Origin: Patellaria atrata CBS 101060
Taxonomy: Eukaryota
NCBI GenBank assembly: GCA_010093705.1
Contig: MU006089.1
Coordinates: 2,467,561 to 2,531,560, forward strand
Length of the DNA: 64,000 bases
Reading direction: 5' to 3'
Below, piece after piece: positions 51,963 to 62,537 of this stretch (its first letter is position 1; each line of letters opens with the position of its first letter). The position numbers and the translations under genes are program-made. The notes beneath the pieces were generated by a model. It made no database searches, was not told where the DNA came from, and worked only from the letters and a program-made list of their open reading frames with translations.

Positions 51963-53492
51963 GATTTCGATAGCGGGGTTACGGCAGCTCAACTGACGAG
52001 TAGGAGGTGAGAGAGTTTGAAGAAGCAGAAGGAGAGAGAGTGAAAGGTGAGGTGAGGCCGGGTAATTAAAGAGATGAGAGGCAAAAAAAGCTTATAGAGA
52101 CGAATCAGCTGAATATGCACAGGACCGATGAGTGAGGGTGAGTGCACGAGGAGCGGAAGGAGCTTCTAGTTTCCTAGGTTGACAGACTAGGATGTAGTCC
52201 CCTTGCTTTTGATATTCCTCGAGTTTTGAGAGGATGGAGGAGGCAAGATGACATTAATATATGGGGATAAGTTTATATCAATAACACATATGTGAGCGAA
52301 GGAGCTGATTTCCTAAGCCGTTACTCTCTCCGCATGTTGCACGCGACTGGAAATTTTCGGCTTTGTTGTCTACGAGGTTGTGGAGGTTTTGATAGCTTGT
52401 GACTGGCCTAACAGAAGGATGGCGAGAGGCTTATCGAGCACGCCAACCACTCATGAAGATCAGGCCCGTCTTTTAGTAGGATGCCTAGACTATCTTCGGT
52501 GATGCATCCTTGACACCCTAGGGACCCTTCAAAGTCCCTAACAAGCCCCCAGCTTGCCCCCAGACTTTTGGTGTCCTTTTGGTGTCCTTTAGGTCTCCTT
52601 TAGGTGGGTTAGGTACTTCTGGTGCCCAGATCTTCGAGGCTTCGATGCTCCCTCTGCAGGGACTACCAATGCGCTTCATTGCTCTCCCGCAAGTGGCTTT
52701 TGTTAGCTGTTGCTCCACCGTTACCTTAAAGCTCACCCTGCAACCGTTTGAAGACGAGAAAGACGCTAGACCAGGTCCCGAATGTAACCCTCTGATTACT
52801 TCCTTGCAATTTCATGAGCTCGAAGAAGATTGCTATCTTTTCCTCAATGCAAAGAACGGCGATATCGTCTCCACCAAAGCGCCATCGTCTATCTGATGAT
52901 TCTCATGAGACCATCCGATCTAATCTTCCATTCTATGGATACGTACGGCACCGCAAACGACTTTCATCGCAGCGACGTCGCTACCATAGTACCCCGTAAG
53001 AGTTCACGACGGGAACGGTTGATAGTGAAGTTGCACCCTGGCCACGATGCTATACGTACTAGCAGAAAGAGGAACCTGTACAGTACGGTACAATGCTGTA
53101 CCTTACTGTATCTGACAGACTTGTTGCACACAATAGAAGCGTAACCTCAACATGAGCTGTACTCCCCGCCTAATTCTACCACATGCGAGATTTCTTAGAA
53201 CTTCCTGAGCGGGGAGATGGTCAGGTAACACAACGATCCCACCGCCAATTGAGTAGCACATGGCTGGCACAACACACTCTGCACTCTTGTAACTTCTTTC
53301 TTGCGGTTTGTGACGGACATGTCATGTCGCCGTGTGACCCGGATACTTTGCAATTGCAACTACGTGGAGTCCGTAGAATAGAATATATGCAAAATGCCAT
53401 GCTCCAATCTTTCTTTCCCTCAATCAAAACCAAACTTCACACATCTCTTTTTATAGTACTATCGATCCAAGGATATTGTATAACGCTACACA

Positions 53493-54928
53493 ATGTATGA
53501 GCACTTGCATGCTCTATAGTATACTCCTGCTGACGGTAGTACAGGAGACTATTAATTAGAGAAGATCCCGAAGCGGCGTCAAGATATATCGCCGACTATA
53601 TAATCGGTATGCGTAGAGACATCTGCTGTGTCTATACAATTTGCGCTAATGTTCCGTAGATCGTATAAAGGTCTTCGACCCCACCCCAGAGAAGCCTTTC
53701 GTTCTAGGCCTCCCAACCGGGAGCAGCCCAGAGATAATATACATGATTCTTGTCCAGAGATACAAAGATGGAGATATTTCTTTTCGGAATGTGGTTACAT
53801 TCAATATGGTATGTTTGGTTATACGACATCTGTCTCACTATCCCCAGGAGTCTTATGTCGAGCGCCACAAGCATGCATGATGTTCGCCATGCTGGCTTTG
53901 AGACAGAGAACCGCCAGATCCGGATTACTGCGATTTAACTTCCGTGGCTGACCAATCGTTCCAGGATGAGTACGTCGGCATCCCGAGAGAGCACCCGGAA
54001 AGCTATCACAGCTTTATGTATAAACACTTTTTCTCCCATGTGGATGTCGATCCCGGCAACATACACATTCTGAATGGAAATGCTCCAGATCTTGAGGCGG
54101 AATGCATTGCATACGAGGAAAAGATCAAGCAAGCAGGAGGTATCGAGCTGTTTTTGGGCGGCATCGGTCCTGATGGACACATTGCTTTCAATGAGCCTGG
54201 CTCAAGCATGAAATCCCGAACTAGAGTCAAGACTTTGGCTTACGACACAATCATTGCAAACTCAAGATTCTTTGGCAATGACTTGACAAAGGTCCCAAAA
54301 ATGGCTTTAACTGTCGGAGTCCAGACTGTGTTAGATGTGAGTAGGTTGACTGAGTGCACCGAAATGTTCCTAATACAAGATAGGCCAGGGAAATCGTTAT
54401 TATTATAACCGGGGCTCACAAAGCTCTCGCCTTACAAAAATGCATTGAAGAGGGCGTCAACCACATGTGGACCTTGTCTTCTCTTCAGCTACATCCCCAC
54501 CCGATGATAGTCGTAGACGAGGATGCAACCTTGGAGCTGCGAGTTAAGACCGTCAAGGTAATACCAGTATAGCTTGCGAAATGTTCAACTTGGGTACTAA
54601 TAGTTGGCAGTACTTCAAGAGCATCGAGAATGTCGCATCCCAACTAGGTTTTGAGCAGATATTACCTTCGGAAGCTCGCACAGGCGCGAAAAGAAATGCC
54701 ATCATCGAACAGTTACAAAGCCCAAAGGACAAGAAGCCGAATGGGTTCTACGTCCTCGCTCCGAAACCTCCGCAATTAGCCATCAGTACGGCAGTAACTC
54801 CTGAGCTTGTACCTGATTCGATGTCTTCGAGAATATCCCCTGAAGACTCAACACCGCTAGATAACCCTGTTCACGATGAGGTATCTTTCAAGGCTATGTC
54901 GCAAAGAATAACACCACTGGGTGCCTAA
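53493..54928 (+). CDS. NAG1: Glucosamine-6-phosphate deaminase
   Basis: AT|G RLLIRED.., [43 protein letters not shown]. Five introns, the first splitting the ATG. Confidence 0.96.
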
Positions 54929-55514
54929 ATTCAGATACGAAAGACCTGGCCTGAAGTATGAATTTAGAACAATTGACGACGCAAGACTGAGGGCTTAGTT
55001 AGCAATTGATGAGACTGAAAAGAGAGGCAAATGAAGACCGTATAACGAGAATGTTTTGATATACTCTGGAAAGACTGGATCTTGCAGATGAAGGAAAACT
55101 GTATATTCATAGACAGAATGGATCGGACGAAAGAATTACGAAGACTTATGACTATAGAGTGCCCTGTGTTTACCTTGAAGCTGGTTTTGCGCCATGGATA
55201 CCTAGAATATATGATAGAGAACTATAATGTATGTAACTTGGAATATGTATAAATTTGTATTAGGTTGTTTCAGTTTTGTGTTGTGTACAGACGACGCGTT
55301 TGGGAGCAAGGGGATGGGAGGTGGTAATACAAAAAAAACCTAAAGGTAATCGAGGTCAATGCTCGATTAGGTCTAGGGCTAGTTCTAAGCTTGGCAAAAT
55401 AATCTTATCACATCTTCATCTCTTTAAAATCAGATGGTAAACAATCTTCATACTGTCACATAACAAAATCACAAAAATTGTTTATACATCAAATTCAGTA
55501 GCGTCTTCGGCAAT

Positions 55515-56702
55515 ATGTCAAATTCACAGGAAAATACCACCCCTCAACCACCTCAGGACTCCACGGAAGCAACCGCGATCCAGCAATCGCTTGCAGCAGC
55601 TTCCCCTCCCGCAACCTCAACGACGACCGAACCCCCAGGTCCAGTATCCCAACCTCTGAACGAGCCCAAACCTGCCGAAGGCACAACACAACCTCAACAA
55701 CCTACAAAGACATCTACCCCTGTATCCTCAGAGCCAGTATGGCCTGAACTTACCCCAGAGCACCCTATCTCTAAGCTCCTAGGCCTTCTCCCTGATATCC
55801 TCGACCAAGCTGCTCACAACGAGGTCTACGGAGTTACCCTTAAACCAGAAGGATCCTTCCACACGAAATTGATCCTGCAGAAATTCCTACGAGCGAACGC
55901 CAATGATATCGAGAAAGCGAAGACGCAGCTTCTCGGGACGCTGAAATGGCGGAAAGAGTTCGAGCCTTGGAATGCGGCTAAAGAGGTGTATAGCCGTAAG
56001 AACTTCGGTGGGTTGGGGTACATCATCGAGCTGGAGGATGTGCCGGAGAGCCCGAATAAGAAGGACATCGCGACGTTCAATATTTACGGTGCGGTGGAGG
56101 ATAATAAAGCCACGTTTGGGGATTTAGATGGGTTAGTTATTCCTTGCCCTTAGCCCCCTTTTTTGCACTTTCTAGTGCCCCAATATTCCCTATTCAAAGT
56201 TAGAGCATATATGAGGACAACTCCTACTTCATGTATAGCTCCCATAGTTGACATCGACAGCTTCATCCGCTGGCGCGTCGGCCTCATGGAACGCGGTATC
56301 CAAAAGCTCTCCCTCCCCAACGCAACCAAACCAATCCCCGACCACGGCGCCGGACCCGACCCCTACCAAGGGATCCAAATCCACGACTACCTCTCCGTCT
56401 CCTTCCTACGGCAAGACCCGCTCGTCAAAGCCGCCTCTAAGAAGACTATCGAAATCATGCAAGCACACTACCCCGAGACCCTCGCCAGAAAGTTCTTCGT
56501 GAACGTGCCGCTGCTGATGGGCTGGATGTTCACGGCGATGAAGCTGTTCTTGGCCAAGGAGACAGTGAGGAAGTTCACCGTGCTGAGTTATGGGAATCAG
56601 CTGGTGAATGAGCTGGGAAAGAGTGTCCCAGCGTCTTATGGAGGCACGGGGTCGGAGTTGGACATGGCGGGAGAGACGCTGAAGTTGAGGGATGAGGAGT
56701 AG
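55515..56702 (+). CDS. SFH5: Sec14-like CRAL-TRIO protein
   Basis: LILQKFLRAN, TFNIYG, FIRWRVGLME, QIHDY..VSF, YPETLARKFFVNVP, YGG. Intron at about 56132-56261. Confidence 0.9.
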
Positions 56703-57073
56703 GAAGTGGTGGTATTCGAGAGATTGATAGCTCGTCTTCGCGTCAAAAGCTTGGTTATCTGTTATCTTCGTCTTCGTCTCTAGCGTTTTGTGTCTATCTC
56801 CACTCAAATACCCGTTTAAACTTTTTTTTTTTTTGGATCTTAGCATCGTAATACCTATTAATATTTGGGCATTGGAATTGTATTCCTATCCAATCCTATA
56901 TGGCCGTGATAATAATAATAACAACTCTCCTCTCTCCATCCGTAGCCAACCGCATTGCTGTCATAGACTCCAAAAGCCTGACCAAGGAGGGGCACCCAGC
57001 CAACAATAATAACACCTTTTCCTACACCCAAACAACACGCTGTCCCACCAACACCCAAAAAACAGATGGAACC

Positions 57074-59754
57074 CTACATCAGAATCTCATCATCATCCAT
57101 ACGCCCATAATTCGAATACGGACGACGCGTCGTGCTCTGCGGAGGAGGAGGGGGGAAAGATCTATAACTCTCATGAAGCAACCTGTGCCTCCTGTGCCAC
57201 GGTTCTTCAAACAGCTTCCACGCGTTCGGAAACACCCAGTCAAGAAATTTCAGTACAGGTCTCCACATGGGCTCGAAAGGGCGCATGGCGAGGGTGAATG
57301 TGACGTAGGGTTTGACGGGGGCGTTGGGGTCGACGCCGAAGCCGACCATGTGCGAGGCGTATTGTTTGTTGCAGTAGACGCTGCTAGAGGGGGGGTTAAA
57401 AGTGGCATTTGGGGGGATTTTTTTTGGGTGAGGACGTACCATAATGTCTGTTCTGTGAAATACCATATTATGAAGAGCACGGAAAAGAGACCCAGCCATG
57501 TAAACTTAAACCTCCCCCTCTCATCTCTGTATCTGAACCGATTCTTAACCCAGTCCCACATGCCGGACCAGGGAAACACGTAGATGACGGTGGTGTGATG
57601 GACGATAGTCGCGTTAGGAGCGTGACCGCACGTCTTGCAGACCTCACAGCCTGCACCCGCCGCGATTTCGTTAGCTCTCTGTGAATCGACGCGGTGTTCG
57701 AGAGATCTCATACCGCGGCTCGCGTCTCGGACGCTGATCCGAGCGGCTTTGAGTCTGTTGTTCATGTTGTGTAATTCACGGATCTCTTGTTGTCTCTGCC
57801 GCTCTGCTGCGTTCTTTGGAGTCTCGTCTGACACTTGAAGGCCCTGGAGTGTGTCGTCTTCGGGATCAATGCGGGGAATGTCGCCGTCGGAGGGGACCAT
57901 GAGGTCTTCGAGAGAGTTTATCGTCGAGTCACCGTATGTGTCGCCGTCTTCGTTGGAAGCTTTGCCCTTCCTACGTCTTACACTGTTGAGAATTGCGCCT
58001 AAGGCGGAGGGAGGTGGAGGTTGTTCCGGCATCTTGGGCCTGGCTCGAGGGGTAGGTTCAGCTGGTTCCTCTTCTACGGGTGACTTTTCGGGGGATGTGT
58101 CAAGGGATACGGGAATGCGCGTTTGCGAAAATGAAGGGCCGAATATCTCTAAAGCTTTCGGTCGTGCTTGCTTGGTGGACTTTGGAGCAGGGGTATCTAT
58201 CCAGGCTCCTGTGACCACGGGCGTCTTTGCTATTATTGTGGGCTCTTCAATGTTTTGTGCGGTGTCGATTTCACTGTCTTTAGCCGTCGGACGGAGTTCT
58301 TTGGATGGCGAAGAAACACGCTTGTTCTCATCTTGGGCTACTGTTTGCGACTGAGGTTCAGAAGTTAGATCTAGAATCGGTTCCGATTTTGACGTATGAC
58401 TAATGGGTCGATTGACTCTTGAATTGCTCTGTTGCGGTAAATCTTTTTGAGGTAGCGAAGTTTGTTTTGTTTTAACTTCCTTTGAGATGTTTTGCTTCAC
58501 AGGTATTTTCGAGGAGGCGCTCGACGAGCTATGCTCAACAGATCTCCTAGGACTAGGTGTAGAGCTTGTCGCACGCGCCAGTCGTTTAAGGATATCGTGG
58601 GAATCCTCCCTGGTATGATTGGGTCGCCGTGGACTTGCTTGTGCCTTTGCTTGGATTCCTTGGTTTATTGATCCTACTGTCTCTGAAGACTTGTACACCA
58701 TGATTGGGGATTTTCGAGGAGATTCTAGAGCCCCTTGAGAAGAGTAAGCTCTTTCCCTCCCCTGTGACTGTTCAGGGTGGGAAGAACGCTCGGAATCTTT
58801 TGTTACATCACCGGTAGAAACAATCTGCTGAGAGCTTAATGATCTTGAGGACGCTGATCGCGGTCGCAAAGTGAATTCTGGCGTCTTTTCTCTGAATTTA
58901 TCCAATCTACTGGTCGTGACAGCTCGTTCTTTGACTTCTTCAATTTCTCTTTGTCTAATATCATCCAGCATTCTACTCCGCGGGACCGCCGGCGTCGACG
59001 CTATGACAGAACCAAGAGTGAAATCCTCCCCAGCCTCCCACTCCTGAATTCGGTCTAGGGAAGTGTTCCTCTTCTCTATAGACGCTGGTATGATCCGCGC
59101 CGGTAATGCTCTTCCAGAACTCTCCTCGATTGACGGTAGTGGTACATCGGCCGCAGCAGCAGCCCAATCAATGTCACGCGCGCTATCCGCACGTGTCTGA
59201 GGGTACGTAGGATCTGGTTCCTCATCTTTCTGCGCGGGTTCCTGTGAGTCTTCCCTGACATTGAGCCTGCGCAACCAGTCCAGGTTCTGTCTTGCCTTCC
59301 TACCCCATTCTCGCGGTGCGTGGACCGGCGGTTCCGACTGTTCGTCGCTGCTCACGCTTCCCGGTCGTCTGAATTGCTCCGAAAAGTCCAAGCCCGCGCT
59401 CGGGCTCTGTTTATTATTACGCTCCAGGTTTTCCAGAGTGAGTCCTACGCGTGGATGTGTTCTAGCTTTTTTGAAGGCCTGAATCCGCGCCCCACTTTGT
59501 TGCGCGTTGTGTGCTCTCTGAGCTTCTCTTGCAGCCCAATAAATCCGTTTTCCAAAGTCACCTGTCCCGTTTTCCAAAGAAGTCACGTCCGAGATTCCGG
59601 CGTCGGATTGTGTGAAGTCTTCGTAGTCGCGCTCGTCCATTGCGTGGAAGGCATTGAGGGCGTCAACGTTCGCGGTAGTCGAGACGGAATATGTTGTCTT
59701 AACAATATTGGCGGATACAGTGGATAAAGGTTTCGGTTGATGAGACTTTTTCAT
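57074..59754 (-). CDS. Large disordered protein with a C-terminal coiled coil, TM helix and short Cys-containing tail; function unknown
   Basis: 834-aa ORF; an intron at 57439-57384 joins FTWLGLFSVLFIIWYFTEQTL to CSVYCNKQYA..PYV. Start codon uncertain. Confidence 0.75.
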
Positions 59755-60331
59755 TCCAGTAGCTACCTCGAATCAATGCGTGCCCTGTGCAGTAGCGGTG
59801 GTATATACTATTGTTACATAAATGCCAGTTATTATTTTGCAAACAATGGCGCCAGTTGACGGAGCGCGTCTATGAGATGGCTCTCGCCAAACCTCCCCAT
59901 TCAAGGTACCCTCAGACCGGAATTGTGGCTGAGGGAGATCCCTGAGGTGGGCTTGGATGTTGTGGCTAGGTAAGCTAGTGATGACGCGCCAGAACGGAAC
60001 CTGAACCTCCTTCAAAACTATAATGGAAGTAAACAGGAGTGGAGAATCCGCCATCACTTCAGACAGGCCTTGAATAGTTGTCAAAGCAATCATTGACCTG
60101 TCAGGTGCCGCACTGAGGGCATTCCCAACTATCCAAGCTCCTAGAACTTTCCTAATTATTGAAACTGTTCAGACTCCACGACAGTTGATAGGTGGGAGCC
60201 TGTTCATCACTTCATTTGACAGATCGGTCTTCAAAGTTCCAAGTCAGCACTCAGAACTACCCAACTTGAACGGTCTATCAATAATCTCTTCAGATTGGGT
60301 TATTGTCCTTTGAGCTTAAACAAAGTCAGCC

Positions 60332-60958
60332 ATGGCTACCGCCGTGGAGCGCGTATTCTCAATCGTAGAGCTCCACGAGGACATCCTCCTCCAGTTGCCC
60401 ATTCTGGATCTTCTCATGGCGCAGAAGGTTTCAAAACAATGGCAATCCGTTAGCAACTCCTCCATAAAGATCAAGCGAAGACTTTCCTTCACCAAGCCAG
60501 ACCACGTCAAAATGGAGAACTGGGCTTCCTGCCGCCCAGTGCAATCAGAACTGCTCCGCCCGTTCTTTTCCATCATTGCCCACCCCTCAGGCCAGTACAT
60601 ACCAGGAATTCCTTGGACTTGCTATCACATTCAGCTCGCGCCTGGGGCCAAACTTATCTTGTTCAAATACCCCAAAGCGTCATGGCGTAAGATGTGGCTA
60701 TTCCAACCTTTAGTAACGTACTACTTTAGCTACGTTAGCGGCGCGGTCAACGCTAAAATACCAATCGAGGGTCAACCCCTTGAGAAGGTGGCATGGTCCA
60801 TCGAAGCCATCGACAAGACTGAAAAATTCCTGAAGAAGGATACCAGACATGTTCTAGAAAAGGCTCTGAGGAATAGACTCCAGTTGCTGCCATGCGCAGA
60901 TGTAGAGCGTAGAGATGAGGAGCCGAAACCCCATTCGGAGCCTAACATGCTCACTTGA
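60332..60958 (+). CDS. F-box domain protein
   Basis: AVERVFSIVELHEDILLQLPILDLLMAQKVSKQW and ASWRKM are typical of fungal F-box families. Confidence 0.75.
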   Translation: MATAVERVFSIVELHEDILLQLPILDLLMAQKVSKQWQSVSNSSIKIKRRLSFTKPDHVKMENWASCRPVQSELLRPFFSIIAHPSGQYIPGIPWTCYHIQLAPGAKLILFKYPKASWRKMWLFQPLVTYYFSYVSGAVNAKIPIEGQPLEKVAWSIEAIDKTEKFLKKDTRHVLEKALRNRLQLLPCADVERRDEEPKPHSEPNMLT

Positions 60959-61992
60959 AACCTGAACTAGCACAATGCAACTTGACAGCTATTTGAGATG
61001 AGTCAACCTCTTTCAACACCGCTACAATGATAGGCACTAGGCCCTGCTTAGTCTGCACTCCCGGGAATTACCACTTTCAGATGAATCAGCATGTTGGAAG
61101 ACAAGACCATTAATCAATCTAGAACTATTGTGGAAAGATCCACTGGAACTATATAGAGGAACGCTCTCCCCTCTTAAAACTTTCGTCTTTACCTCGACTC
61201 ATACTCCGAACAAAGTACACCCTTACCAGTAGAAAATCAAAAATTCTCTACTGTGATATGATCCACTTCAATATGCGATGTGACCCGCTTTGATATAGTC
61301 CTTTGTGATATGACCTCCTGTGCCCTGATATCTTCAGAAGTCCTCGTCGCCGCTTAACGTGGGTAGATGTTAGATATGAATGCGGACTTGAATGACACGA
61401 AAATTGAACCCGGGAGTGTTATCTCTCTTTCCAACCTCATTCCATAAACCTCGCAGCCTTCCATCTTTCATATCCCAAACCTTTACCGCTCCGAGACTGC
61501 TCTTGAACCGTGGAAAAAAAACTCGCATCTGTCTTATACAGAATCCGTAGAACAGAATTTCGCAATAAGAAATTCACTGCCATTCAATCAATCACGTCCA
61601 TTTTGCACAGTAGAAGTTTCAGGCAATTCGATTGAGAGACCTATCTAAAGCACTTTATCCACCATTGCAAACTCCGAATCTAACGCTCCATCCATACCCA
61701 TGATAAATTCAAAACCGATATGAACCGAAAACCGATGCCTCCTGAAAATGTGTAGATACCAACCCATGGGGGAATGTACAGAACCCAAAAGCGAAAGGAA
61801 TACAAAGAATCCGAAACAATCCGCAAAGGGAACCAACAGCGCCAAACACCATGGTAAAAAAAAGAAATTTTGCCCATCTTTTTCGCTGTGATGCACCGTT
61901 CCGTCGAAAAGCTGAAAACAAAACACACTTTTTCCTCCATGTACCAATTTAGCCCCCAATTTCAAATAATCGATCCTCGTGAATTCCTAATG

Positions 61993-62160
61993 TTTTCTCC
62001 ATCGTTTTACCCCAAAGACGTTTTCCTCCATCGTTTTACCCCAAAGTCATTTTCCTCCATCGTTTTACCCCAAAGTCATTTTCCTCCGTCGTTTTACCCC
62101 AAAGTCATTTTCCTCCATCGTTTTACCCTAGAGCCATTTTGTTCCGTTGTTTTGCCCAAA
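61993..62160. repeat. 29-bp minisatellite, about 5.8 copies (TTTTCCTCCATCGTTTTACCCCAAAGTCA)
   Basis: Unit starts at about 61993, 62021, 62050, 62079, 62108 and 62137. Confidence 0.92.
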
Positions 62161-62301
62161 TTTATACTCCATTCAATATAATGCGCAAAATCACAAGACT
62201 CATCCAACCAAAGAAAACAGGGGAAAACTCATATCAACGTGAGACCAACTGAACAACCGCACCATGGAATAGCTTTCTCTTCTTCCAAGAGCCTCCGATT
62301 C

Positions 62302-62468
62302 CTACATCCATCTCGAAACGCAGCTCTGGTCACGCTCAGTTCCGAAGGGAAGGGGGGACGCAGAGGGGTAAATCACTAGATGTATTTCTACATCCAGATC
62401 GAAACGCACCTCTGGTCACGCTCAATTCACGAAGGAAAGGGGGACGCCAGAGTGGTAAACCACTAGAT
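62302..62468. repeat. 86-bp diverged tandem duplication
   Basis: CTACATCCA..CGAAACGCA.CTCTGGTCACGCTCA..CACTAGAT at 62302 and 62388. Confidence 0.85.
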
Positions 62469-62537
62469 TAGGGAAGTATAAGAGGGAGAGGAGCATGCTA
62501 TTTTGTTTTATGCAAGAAAGGTACGGTTGTTTTGAAA

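Noticed and set aside
56900..58354. 227-aa and 167-aa plus-strand ORFs
   Set aside because: Antisense to the 57074-59754 gene
61402..61416. tRNA B-box-like GGTTCAATT on the minus strand
   Set aside because: No A-box or cloverleaf around it
61993..62160. CRISPR-like array
   Set aside because: Units are contiguous with no unique spacers, the context is eukaryotic and there are no cas genes
62302..62468. Hammerhead ribozyme (CGAAAC present) or Helitron end
   Set aside because: No CUGANGA core; CTAG is not followed by T and no matching 5' end was found
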